Shown here piece by piece: positions 8,466-17,529 of a stretch of 64,000 nt of DNA. Where the stretch lies: positions 1,194-65,193 of the forward strand of contig SMYC01000060.1 in assembly GCA_004356105.1 (NCBI GenBank), written 5' to 3'. This stretch comes from Acidobacteriota bacterium. GTDB taxonomy: Bacteria; Acidobacteriota; Vicinamibacteria; Marinacidobacterales; SMYC01. The notes under the pieces were generated by a model. It was given only the letters and a program-made list of their open reading frames with translations, was not told the DNA's origin and did not search any database. Positions within the stretch are counted from its first letter, which is position 1. Each line of letters opens with the position of its first letter. The position numbers and the translations under genes were made by a program.

Positions 8466-9119
8466 GTGAAGCCCATCGTCGTCATCAATCCCAACTCGAC
8501 CGAGGAAGTCACCCGCGGCATCGACGGCGCGCTCGACCCGCTTCGGCTCGAAGGCGGCCCGCCGCTCGAATGCGTTACGTTGAAAGAGGGGCCGCCCGGC
8601 ATCGAGTCGCAAGCGCATGCCGATGCTGTCGTCGCACCGCTCTGTGAGTTGATCCGATCACGCGACGACTCCGCGAGTGCTTTCATCATCGCGTGCTATA
8701 GCGATCCCGGATTGCATGCGGCGCGCGAGACGACGTCGAAGCCCGTGCTCGGGATTGCCGAAAGTGCCATGGTCACGGCCCTCACTCGCGGGGAGCGCTT
8801 CGGCATCATCTCGATTCTCGACGCGTCGATCCCGCGGCACCAGCGCGCGGTGCGCGCCGCGGGTCTCTCCGCTCGTTTCGCCGGCGACGTGCCGATAGGC
8901 GTTAGCGTGGTCGATCTCGCGGGCGAAGACGAGGTTTTCGGAAAACTCGTCACCGCGGGCCGACGCTTGCGTGACGACGACAGCGCGAACGTGCTCATCC
9001 TCGGTTGCGCCGGGATGGCGCGTTATCGGAAACGGCTCGAGGACACGCTCGGCATGCCCGTCATCGATCCCACGCAAGCGGCGGCGACCCTCGCCATCGG
9101 CGCGGTTCGGCTTGCCTGA
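8466..9119 (+). CDS. Asp/Glu/hydantoin racemase family protein (probable hydantoin racemase).
   Basis: Family-like sequence (IIACYSDPGL...ILGCAGM) with two conserved Cys-containing segments. It lies in the hydantoinase cluster. Confidence 0.7.
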   Translation: MKPIVVINPNSTEEVTRGIDGALDPLRLEGGPPLECVTLKEGPPGIESQAHADAVVAPLCELIRSRDDSASAFIIACYSDPGLHAARETTSKPVLGIAESAMVTALTRGERFGIISILDASIPRHQRAVRAAGLSARFAGDVPIGVSVVDLAGEDEVFGKLVTAGRRLRDDDSANVLILGCAGMARYRKRLEDTLGMPVIDPTQAAATLAIGAVRLA

Positions 9120-9534
9120 GAACGCTTTGCGATGACACAAGGAACCCCCGCCTATCGCGACGCCGAAGTCGATGCGGGCCTCGCGGCCTCGATGCTCGGC
9201 TGCGCCGAATCGGATATTGGTGAAAGCGCCACCGAGATCGTCTCGACGGGGCTCTGGTGGATGATCATCCCCGTACGTTCTCTCCGGGCCATGTCCGCGC
9301 TCTAGCCCGATCAACGCCTCATCGAGAGTGTTTGCCGCGAGCGCGGCGCGATCGGCATCACAAATTAACACTATAAGGACGTTGGAGCATTTCAAGAATA
9401 AACGCTCGCTCCGCACCCGTTAGGTAGTTCAAACGGCAACCCTTTAAATAGCAACCACTTAGTTTGACGAGCCTTGTTTGGCGCACTTTTTGCAGGTTTT
9501 TCTCGAGAAGGTGCTGAGCGTTGGAGTAGGCCGT

Positions 9535-9744
9535 ATGGGAAGCGTCAATATCACCCTGGAGCGCGCCGTGTTCGTCGAAGCCTGCCAGGAAGGCTGGAAC
9601 CCGCAAACCGCCGTGCGCCAGACCGTCTGGAAAGACGACACCGTGCACGAGGAGCTCATCGTGTTTCCGTCGCTACGCGAAGCGCTCAGCTACGCACAAA
9701 ACGCCTTCGTCACCGAAGACGGACCCCAGGCCGCAGCCGCCTAA
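9535..9744 (+). CDS. Hypothetical small protein of about 69 aa.
   Basis: The sub-ORF of 9478-9744 from ATG 9535 has a strong GC3 bias. No domain was recognised. Confidence 0.3.
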   Translation: MGSVNITLERAVFVEACQEGWNPQTAVRQTVWKDDTVHEELIVFPSLREALSYAQNAFVTEDGPQAAAA

Positions 9745-9769
9745 GGCCCGCGTGCTATCCTCCGCGCGC

Positions 9770-10043
9770 TGTGGACTGCGCGCGTAATTTCGGCCCCTTC
9801 GAAGGCAAGACGTGGATCAACTGCTCCCACCAAGGCGCGCTGCCGCCGGTCGCGGTCGAAGCGGTCGAGGAAGCCATCCGCTGGAAGCAAGCCCCGTTCA
9901 ACTTGACCTCGGATCGTTTCACCGAGGTCCCCGCTGTGCTCCGACAAACGTTGGCACGGCTCATCGGAGCGGATCAGAAAGACATCGTGCTCGCGAACAG
10001 CGCCTCCTATGGACTGCACTTGCCAAACGATACGCCGAGATGA
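9770..10043 (+). pseudogene. Fragment of a class-V aminotransferase / cysteine-desulfurase-like gene (N-terminal ~90 aa only).
   Basis: The fragment FGPFEGKTWINCSHQGALPPVAVEAVEEAIRW...IVLANSASYGLHL resembles the N-terminus of the intact class-V aminotransferase at 61828-63033. It ends in a stop, and a short unrelated ORF follows. Confidence 0.4.
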
Positions 10044-10299
10044 AAATACGCGCGATGGCGAAGTTCCCCCTCGAGAACCCGAACCCAATCATGCGGGTCG
10101 GACCAAACGGCGCCATCGAGTTTGCGAACGAGTCGGCGCTTCGGCTTTTGAAGCGCCTCGACGCGCAATACGAGCTGCGCGTTCCCGCGTGTTTGAAGTT
10201 GAAGGGTTGGATGGTGGACACGATCGAGAAAAGAAGCATCCCTGAAGAACAGCTCGTCGGCCGAGTCCGCGAGCTCGTCAAAACCCAGACGTAAGACCT

Positions 10300-11226
10300 T
10301 TACTTTGGCGGGGGCACGACACCGGTCTGGCTCGTGATGAGGCCGTAATGCTCGATGCGCCGGTGTTTGTCGAAGTTGAAGACGTTCTCTTTGATGTCGC
10401 GCCCGACGTCGAGGTCGCAGTCATAGGCGATGAGCTCGTCCTCTTCCGTGATCGATTGCGCGACAATCTCCCCGGTGGGCGCCACGATAGCTGAGCCTCC
10501 AATAAGCCCGTAGCCGTCTTCCTTGCCCGCTTTGCCCGCGGCAACCACCCACGTGCCGTTTTGATAGGCGCCTGCCTGAAGCGACAAGAGGTGATGGAAC
10601 ATGCGCCGATGGACCGGCTCGCTGTGATAGATGTTGTCGGTCGGCGTGTTGTAACCGAGCACGACCATCTCGACGCCTTGAAGCCCCATCACACGGAACG
10701 TCTCCGGCCAGCGCCGGTCGTTGCAGATGCACATGCCGAGGATGCCGTCGAAGGCACGCCAAACGGGAAAGCCAAGATCGCCGACCTCGAAGTAGCGCTT
10801 CTCCAGGTGCTGGAAGGGCGCGTCCGGCCGGTGATCCGCGTGTCCCGGAAGATGGATCTTGCGATACTTCCCGAAGATCGAGCCATCCGTGTCAACGAGA
10901 ATCGCGGTGTTGAAGTGACGCGCGCCGTCGAGCTCCGCGTAGCCGAGATGAAAGCCGATACCGAGCCTTTTCGCTTCTTCGAAAAGAGGCGCCGTCTCCC
11001 GGCCCGGCATCTCTTTTTCGAAATAGGCGTCGACGTGTTCTTGGTTTTCCATGTAATAGCGCGGGAAGAACGTCGTGAGCGCGAGCTCGGGGAAGACGAC
11101 GAAGCCGCAACCCGAGCGATGGGCTTTACCAAGAAGAGCAATCAAGCGCTCGACGACCGAGCCGCGACTATCGGCAAGATGGATCGGCCCGAGCTGCGCG
11201 GCCGCGACTCGCAGTTGGCGCGCCAC
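10300..11226 (-). CDS. N-carbamoyl-D-amino-acid amidohydrolase (D-carbamoylase), nitrilase superfamily.
   Basis: Strong similarity to Agrobacterium D-carbamoylase is remembered from the family: VFPELALTTFFPR, HLEKRYFEPGDLGFPV, GMCICNDRRWPE, YNTPT. The start is GTG at 11226. Confidence 0.85.
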   Translation of the reverse strand: MARQLRVAAAQLGPIHLADSRGSVVERLIALLGKAHRSGCGFVVFPELALTTFFPRYYMENQEHVDAYFEKEMPGRETAPLFEEAKRLGIGFHLGYAELDGARHFNTAILVDTDGSIFGKYRKIHLPGHADHRPDAPFQHLEKRYFEVGDLGFPVWRAFDGILGMCICNDRRWPETFRVMGLQGVEMVVLGYNTPTDNIYHSEPVHRRMFHHLLSLQAGAYQNGTWVVAAGKAGKEDGYGLIGGSAIVAPTGEIVAQSITEEDELIAYDCDLDVGRDIKENVFNFDKHRRIEHYGLITSQTGVVPPPK

Positions 11227-12689
11227 TACCAGGCCTCACCAAAACCGTAGCGCGCCATGAGGCCCGCTTCGTGCGAGCCGCGCCCTAGGGGCTCAGCCGA
11301 GCTCGGCTTCTCCCGCGGGATGAAGAGACCACTGCCTTTTTCGGCTTGGAGCTCGCCCGCGTCCACGACAACGCGGCCCCGGCTGAGCACCGTCAACGGC
11401 CACCCCGTCACCTTGCGTCCTTCGTAGGGCGTGTACCCGACATTGTCATGAAGGTTCTCCCAAGCGATGGTGACCTCTTTCTGCCCGTCCCAGATGACGA
11501 GATCCGCGTCCGCACCAACGGAGATGCTGCCCTTGCGTGGAAACATTCCATAGAGCTTGGCCGCCCGCGTCGACGTGAGGTCGACAAATTGATGGAGGTC
11601 GATCCGCTTCTTCAAAACGCCTTCCGAGAACAGGAGCGGCATCCGTACTTCGAGGCCGGGCACGCCGTTCGCAATCTTGTTGAACGGAGCCTCCTCGCCT
11701 TGGGAAAGCTTCCCCGTCTCGTCGAAACGATAGGGCGCGTGGTCCGACGAGAAGACTTGAAAAGTGCCGTTGGCCAGACCGCGCCAGATGGCTTCTTGCG
11801 ACGCAACGTCTCGAGGCGGCGGGCTGCAACAACACATCGCACCCGCCATGTCCGGCTGGTCGAGGTCCTCCGCCGTGAGGAAGAGATATTGAGGACAAGT
11901 TTCGGCAAAGACTTTGAGCCCGCGCCGCTGCGCCCGCTGGATCGCCTCCATGCCGTCTTCGGCGGAAACGTGCACGATGAGGCACGGCGTGTCGAGAAAC
12001 TCTGCGAGCGAGATCGCGCGCGATGTGGCCTCCCCTTCCGCAAGGCGCGGATGGCTGACGGCATGAAACTTCGGCGCTCGCGCGCCGAGGTCGAGAAGCC
12101 GCTTCGTCACCCATCGGATGATGTCGTGATTCTCGGCGTGGATCATCGTGAGAGCGCCTTCGCGCCGCGCGAGGTGGAAGACGTCGAGCATCTGATAGTC
12201 GTCGAGCCGAAGTGCGTCATAGGTCATGTAGACCTTGAACGACGTATAACCGTTTCGGATGAGCTCGGGCAGCTCGTCCTGTAACACCGACTCGCTCGGG
12301 TCCGAGATGATGAGATGAAATCCGTAATCGATGACGGCTTTCTCTTTGGCCTTCATGTGATAGTCCGAAACGACGTCGCGCAGGGAGTCGCCTTTGTGCT
12401 GCGCCGCAAAGGACAGAATGGTGGTCGTGCCGCCATGCGCCGCGGAGACGGTCCCCGTGTAGAAATCGTCGGCGCACATGATGCCGGAGGAGGAGAGCTG
12501 CTCGATGTGGGTGTGGCTGTCGATGCCTCCGGGAAAGACGTAGTTCCCTTCCGCGTCGATCTCCCGCTCGCCCTTCGGGAGCTTTTTCCCGATCGCGGCA
12601 ATCGTGCCGCCTTTGATGCCGATATCGCAAAACACTTCTTCCGTCGCGGTAACGGCGTTGCCGTCGCGTATCACTAAGTCGAAATCCAT
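11226..12689 (-). CDS. D-hydantoinase / dihydropyrimidinase (cyclic amidohydrolase).
   Basis: The start MDFDLVIRDG...GGIDSHTH carries the metal-binding HxH, and the protein is 487 aa. The longer ORF to 13628 is a shadow of the opposite-strand transporter. Confidence 0.85.
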   Translation of the reverse strand: MDFDLVIRDGNAVTATEEVFCDIGIKGGTIAAIGKKLPKGEREIDAEGNYVFPGGIDSHTHIEQLSSSGIMCADDFYTGTVSAAHGGTTTILSFAAQHKGDSLRDVVSDYHMKAKEKAVIDYGFHLIISDPSESVLQDELPELIRNGYTSFKVYMTYDALRLDDYQMLDVFHLARREGALTMIHAENHDIIRWVTKRLLDLGARAPKFHAVSHPRLAEGEATSRAISLAEFLDTPCLIVHVSAEDGMEAIQRAQRRGLKVFAETCPQYLFLTAEDLDQPDMAGAMCCCSPPPRDVASQEAIWRGLANGTFQVFSSDHAPYRFDETGKLSQGEEAPFNKIANGVPGLEVRMPLLFSEGVLKKRIDLHQFVDLTSTRAAKLYGMFPRKGSISVGADADLVIWDGQKEVTIAWENLHDNVGYTPYEGRKVTGWPLTVLSRGRVVVDAGELQAEKGSGLFIPREKPSSAEPLGRGSHEAGLMARYGFGEAW

Positions 12690-12722
12690 AACGGCCCGTA
12701 TGGTAGCATCCCCCCGCCGACC

Positions 12723-14498
12723 ATGACTCTCGCAACCATCGACTGGATCATCATCGTCACCTATTTTGCGATCGCGCTCGGCGTCGGTCTTACGTTCCGC
12801 AAGCGGGCCGGGTCGAGCCTCGACGAATTCTTTCTCTCCGGGCGCTCCCTCCCCTGGTGGATTGCCGGTACATCCATGGTCGCGACCTCCTTCGCCGCGG
12901 ACACGCCGCTCGCAGTCACGGCTCTCGTCGCGCGCCACGGGATCGCGGGCAACTGGTTCTGGTGGTCTTTCGCGCTCGGCGGCATGGTCACCGTGTTCGT
13001 CTACGCGCGGCTCTGGCGCCGCGCCGCCGTCATGACCGATGTCGAGCTCGTCGAGCTTCGCTACGGAGGTAAGCCCGCGGCCTTTCTTCGCGGCTTCCGA
13101 TCGATCTACATCGCGTTTCTCGTGAACTCGATCATCGTCGGTTGGGTCACGGCAGCCATGCTCAACGTGCTCAAGTTCACCGTGTTCTCGGGGACGGAAG
13201 CCGCAACGGGTACGAGCGACTGGCTCATCATCCTCGCGCTCTTCGCGATCGTCGGCCTCTACAGCACCCTGTCGGGGCTTTGGGGCGTTGTCATCACGGA
13301 CTTTCTCCAGTTCATCGTCGCTATGGGGGGCTCTATCGTGTTCGCGTTCTATTGCGTGCGCCACGTCGGTGGGCTCGACGCGCTGCGTGAGCGCTTGGTA
13401 ACGAGCTACGAAGGCGGCGAACAAATCCTGCGCTTCCTGCCCGACTTCTCCGCCGCCGATCCGTGGATGCCCCTCAATATTTTTCTCATCATGCTCTTTG
13501 TTCAGTGGTGGGCGTCCTGGTATCCGGGCTCGGAGCCCGGCGGCGGCGGCTCGACAGTACAGCGCATGGCGTCGTGCCGGAGCGAGCGGGACTCGCTTCT
13601 CGCAACCCTGTGGTTTCAGCTCGCGCATTATTGTTTGCGACCGTGGCCATGGCTTCTCGTCGCGCTCACGGCGCTCGCCGTCTATCCCGACCTTCGTGAG
13701 CTCGACGATCCCGGCGTCGGCTTTCCCATGCTGATCCGCGACCTGGCCCCGGCCGGGCTCCGCGGCATCATGCTCGTCACGTTCTTCGCGGCGTTCATGT
13801 CCACCATCAGCACACAGATCAACTGGGCTGCCTCTTATCTCGTCGGCGATTTCTACAAGAGGTTCTTGAAGCCCGACGCCTCAGAAAAACACCTCACACG
13901 CGTTTCCCGCTTGGCGACGATCGGGGTCATCGTCGTCTGCATCGGCTCGTCTTGGCTCATGCGCGGAATTCCCGTCGACGAGGCTTGGAAGTTTTTGGCG
14001 GCGCTTGGTGCGGGCACGGGCGCGGTGTTCATGCTACGTTGGTTCTGGTGGCGCGTGAACGCGTGGTCGGAGATCAGCGCGATGATCGCGTCACTCATTT
14101 ATTTCATCATCGTGAGCCGCTACGTCGAATCGAACGAGCACCGGCTCGCGATCGTGGCGGCGCTCACGATTCCCACTTGGCTTCTCGTGACGTTTCTTAC
14201 GCGGCCTGAGAATGACGCGACGCTCGATGCGTTTTACGAGAAAATCCGGCCGGGTGGCGCGGGCTGGAAACCTGTGGCGGCGCGGAAGCCCGGTGTGGAC
14301 GTGGACCAGCATGTCGTGATGTCTTTCGTCACCGCATTTGTGGCGACGGCCGTCGTGTATTTGACGATCCCGGGGGTGGGGCTCATCCTTTTCGGCGAAA
14401 CAAGTCGAGGGCTCATAGCACTCGGGGGCGCTGCCCTGTGCTGCGTCTCCGTGTACAAGCTCGTTCACCGACTCGGCTGGGAAGGACAGACACAGTAG
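12723..14498 (+). CDS. Sodium:solute symporter family permease (candidate hydantoin / amino-acid-derivative transporter).
   Basis: It has 12 or more hydrophobic segments and SSF-like motifs. It is divergent from the hydantoinase with only a 33-bp spacer. Confidence 0.8.
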   Translation: MTLATIDWIIIVTYFAIALGVGLTFRKRAGSSLDEFFLSGRSLPWWIAGTSMVATSFAADTPLAVTALVARHGIAGNWFWWSFALGGMVTVFVYARLWRRAAVMTDVELVELRYGGKPAAFLRGFRSIYIAFLVNSIIVGWVTAAMLNVLKFTVFSGTEAATGTSDWLIILALFAIVGLYSTLSGLWGVVITDFLQFIVAMGGSIVFAFYCVRHVGGLDALRERLVTSYEGGEQILRFLPDFSAADPWMPLNIFLIMLFVQWWASWYPGSEPGGGGSTVQRMASCRSERDSLLATLWFQLAHYCLRPWPWLLVALTALAVYPDLRELDDPGVGFPMLIRDLAPAGLRGIMLVTFFAAFMSTISTQINWAASYLVGDFYKRFLKPDASEKHLTRVSRLATIGVIVVCIGSSWLMRGIPVDEAWKFLAALGAGTGAVFMLRWFWWRVNAWSEISAMIASLIYFIIVSRYVESNEHRLAIVAALTIPTWLLVTFLTRPENDATLDAFYEKIRPGGAGWKPVAARKPGVDVDQHVVMSFVTAFVATAVVYLTIPGVGLILFGETSRGLIALGGAALCCVSVYKLVHRLGWEGQTQ

Positions 14499-14540
14499 CC
14501 CACAGCCCGCCGTCGAGCGGTTGCTTTTCGGAGACCACCC

Positions 14541-15519
14541 GTGTCATCGTGCCTCGCGCGACAGGAGGTTCAAATGAGCGAGAAAGAACCAAAGGAACCG
14601 TCGCCTCGTGAGGCGCTTCTTCAAATCGTCAACGGCTATATGATTTCCCAGGCAATCTATGTGCTCGCCAAGCTGGACATCCCGGACGCGTTAGCCGACG
14701 GCCCCATGAGCTCCGAGGAGCTCGCTGGCACCGTCGACGCGGACCCGCGGTCGCTCCATCGTGTTCTGAGAAGCGTTGCTGGTGTCGGCGTCCTGTCGCA
14801 AGACGATGATGGCCGCTTCGCGCTCACTCCGATGGGCAAGCTTCTGAGGAGCGACGTGGAAAGTTCGGTCAAAGGCTGGACGATCATGCGCGGGGAGCCG
14901 GTCCTGTGGCGACCCTGGGGTGAGATTCTCCATAGCGTGAAGACAGGTAAGCCCGCCTTCGACCACGTGTTCAGCAAACCCGCCTTCGACTCCCTTCGCG
15001 ACCACCCAGATGACGCCCGCTTGTTCGACGAAGCTATGCGATCGATTTCCGGGTCAAGTTCAGCGCCGTAGCGAACGGGTATGACTTCGCGGAGGTCGAT
15101 ACACCCGTAGATATTGAGGGCGGCGATGGCGGAATGAAACGGAGATCCTCGAAGCCCACCCCGACGTGAAAGGTACGATCGCGGAGCTTCAGCACGTAGT
15201 CGATCACGCCAAAGAGTGCATAGAAGCCGCAGGCCTCACCGATCGTTGCAGATGTGTGCCGGTGGATATTCTCGAGAAAGTCCCCGAAAGAGATGCGTAC
15301 ATTTTGGGTAACGTCATCCACGATTGGAACGATGAGCGTTCACGCCTGATCCTCTCGAACTGCCGCAAAGCGATGCGCGAACAGGGCACGCTCTTGCTCG
15401 TCGAGTTGGTCATCACGCCGGGAAACGAGCTCCACCTCGCGAAACTCGTGGACGTCGAAAAGCTCGTCATGACCGACGGAGGCCGAGAGCGCACGGAGAA
15501 TGAGCGCCGCTTGTCTTAA
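14541..15519 (+). pseudogene. Class I SAM-dependent O-methyltransferase disrupted by at least 2 frameshifts.
   Basis: ORF 14541-15071 is the OMT dimerisation/N-terminal part. An intervening frame reads GYDFAEVDTPVDIEGGDGG, the SAM-binding VDVGGGxG equivalent. ORF 15166-15519 is the C-terminal part (GNVIHDWNDE...). Confidence 0.6.
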
Positions 15520-15745
15520 AATACACGTTACCAAGGGTGACACTCGCCAGCTTCTCCCACCTGAAACCCCTGCACCTGAACTCCGTAAAGCCACCCGGGA
15601 GGATATTGTTTTCAGGAGACTCCTTGCTCGACCGTTACTCAGAGCTCGGCGCCCACGACTTACTTCATCTCGCATCCTACAAGCGACGTGAAACAGGACG
15701 ATCATGACCTACGAACGCGCGCTCAGCGCGCCATTCGAAACGTAG

Positions 15746-15905
15746 CGGCGTTTCGCGTAATCGCGTGTCTCACGTGAGTCACGATTTCCACAGTTTTCCC
15801 ACAGGCCCCGAAGCACTTTTCCACAAAAAACGTTTCCGCGGAAACGTTTCACCGCTGCCATCAGACGGCGAAAGGCTCCGAGGAGCCAATAGGGGGCGCA
15901 CTTCA
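15746..15905 (+). repeat. Direct repeat copy A (about 105 bp near-identical, about 160 bp with degraded ends). It contains an imperfect 23-bp palindrome.
   Basis: It matches 16987-17150 with a handful of mismatches over the first ~105 bp. The core is tcacgtgagtcacgatttccacag...ccacaaaaaacgtttccgcggaaacgttt, and the palindrome aaaacgtttccgcggaaacgttt lies at 15827-15849. Confidence 0.85.
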
Positions 15906-16011
15906 ATGCTCGATGACGGATTCCCATCCCACAATCCTGACGTGCACCGCTCAGAGGAACGGCGCACAGATCCGCGAGTCGACGCGCACCTCGAGCAGCT
16001 GGCCGCCTAAA

Positions 16012-16440
16012 TCATGCCCCGAGCACAATGACGCCATCTAGCCTACGGGAAGCCTTCTCGAACGTGATCAAAGTGGCGGGGATCATCCCATACTGTGCGT
16101 GTATCATCCGATCCACGAATCCCGGTTTCTGGGATGAACCCTTGATAGACTCGAGCGCCTGAACGGCGACACCGTTTTCTTCCGGCTCTACAAACCGCGA
16201 TCGTAGAAAATCCAGCAGCACCCTGACAGCTGCTTTCTTCGGCACTTGGTAGTGGGCCTGCAATGCGAAATAAGCTTCCGACACGACCAGGTCGGAAACG
16301 AACGCTCTTCGACCGGCAGACTTCAGCTCTTTGAGAAATCCCAGCGCCTCGTCAGCTTGATCGGAAGGCTCGGCCGTCAAGAGTCGAAGAACCACAGAGG
16401 TATCGAGGCCCACGGTAGGCGCTAAATCAGAGCTCGCCAC
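16012..16440 (-). CDS. vapC: PIN-domain ribonuclease toxin VapC.
   Basis: It has acidic PIN residues (LDTSVV...D...), is about 142 aa, and overlaps the upstream antitoxin by 14 nt. Confidence 0.75.
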   Translation of the reverse strand: MASSDLAPTVGLDTSVVLRLLTAEPSDQADEALGFLKELKSAGRRAFVSDLVVSEAYFALQAHYQVPKKAAVRVLLDFLRSRFVEPEENGVAVQALESIKGSSQKPGFVDRMIHAQYGMIPATLITFEKASRRLDGVIVLGA

Positions 16441-16687
16441 AGCTGCGCGCCTCTGCGACGCTTTTGCGAATAGACTTCATATCGTGTCGCTTGCCCTTCG
16501 CGTAACTTCTTAGGCTACCGAACCACGGAGTCTCGATGTCCGCAGCAGGCTTTATAACCCAGACCTTTTCCCCATCCACAATCAGTGAGTCAACAATCAA
16601 CGCATCACCCGGCTGCAATCTCATCTCCTCACAGAGCTTCTTGGGGAGCGTTGCTTGACGTTTCGCCGTTATTCTAATTACAGTCAT
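16427..16687 (-). CDS. vapB: AbrB/MazE/SpoVT-type antitoxin VapB.
   Basis: An 86-aa protein with an N-terminal swapped-hairpin-like segment (MTVIRITAKRQATLPKKLCEEMRLQPGDALIV). Confidence 0.7.
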   Translation of the reverse strand: MTVIRITAKRQATLPKKLCEEMRLQPGDALIVDSLIVDGEKVWVIKPAADIETPWFGSLRSYAKGKRHDMKSIRKSVAEARSCGEL

Positions 16688-16986
16688 GGTGATAGCTCCT
16701 TACCATTTTACAGTAGAGTAAGGCGTGATTCTTGTCAAGATAGTCCAATCAAGTCCCACTCAATCAGGCGTGATGTGGAAATCAGGGCATCGTGTGCGTG
16801 AGGAGTTGGGGTCGAGTGTCGTCTTGTGGGGCTATGTTCCGCTCTACTTTACTTTGGCGGTGCGCCAGAATGAGGCGTATCAGAGCGGGCTCGGTGACGA
16901 AAGCAACGATCTTCATCTGGGCCCGCGGGGCGGGTCAACGACGCCGCTCGGAGGCTTAACGCGGCGTTCGGAGACCTCTAACTAGC

Positions 16987-17150
16987 TGCGTTTCACGCAA
17001 TCGCGTGCCTCACGTGAGTCACGATTTCCACAGTTTTTCCACAGGCCCCGAAGCACTTTTCCACAAAAAACGTTTCCGCGGAAACGTTTTCGCCTCTGCA
17101 TCCGACAGCAACAGGCCCCGAGGAGCCAAGAGGGTGCTCGGGGCAAGCAA
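16987..17150 (+). repeat. Direct repeat copy B, with a perfect 24-bp palindrome aaaacgtttccgcggaaacgtttt at 17067-17090.
   Basis: See copy A. The two copies are 1240 bp apart and bracket vapBC. Confidence 0.85.
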
Positions 17151-17155
17151 CGGCA

Positions 17156-17491
17156 CTACTCGACGGGGACGCGCTCTTTCAGCACCTCGAACCAGTTGAC
17201 GACGACGTGGATCGTCTCAGCCTGCGAAGATGGGCCGCCACGAACCATAACGAATCTCTTCCCGTCAGGGGTCACGTCGTAGTTCCGGCCGATGTAATCG
17301 GAGTAAAACACATCGCGGATCGGGCGTGGCGTCCCCGCCCTGAGCTCGGGCTCCGTCAGTAATAGATCTGACGTCACAAAGCACCACGGGCGCCCCCCGT
17401 TGACGGAGACTTTCTGAAGCTTTCCGTCCGCCCAATAACCGATCCACCGCCCATCCGGAGAGCCCATGCTGACCAAGAAACGTCTTCGCAT
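17156..17491 (-). pseudogene. C-terminal remnant of a TolB-propeller kinase paralogue.
   Basis: The fragment YDVTPDGKRFVMVRGG...TIHVVVNWFEVLKERVPVE matches the C-terminus of the neighbouring kinase (YDVAPDGQRFLMIQD...LNVVINWFKELKTNVPNP). Confidence 0.5.
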
Positions 17492-17529
17492 GGGGACATC
17501 AGACAGCGTAAAATCGCCTACGAATCAAG

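Noticed and set aside
12690-13628. The upstream 313 codons of the 800-aa reverse ORF 11226-13628.
   Set aside because: It is a shadow frame of the forward SSF permease (D/E/R/G-rich). The hydantoinase family starts at MDFDLVIRDG (12689).
16725-16985. ORF 16725-16985 (86 aa) between vapB and repeat copy B.
   Set aside because: It has poor coding bias and occupies the expected vapBC promoter/operator region. It is more likely non-coding.
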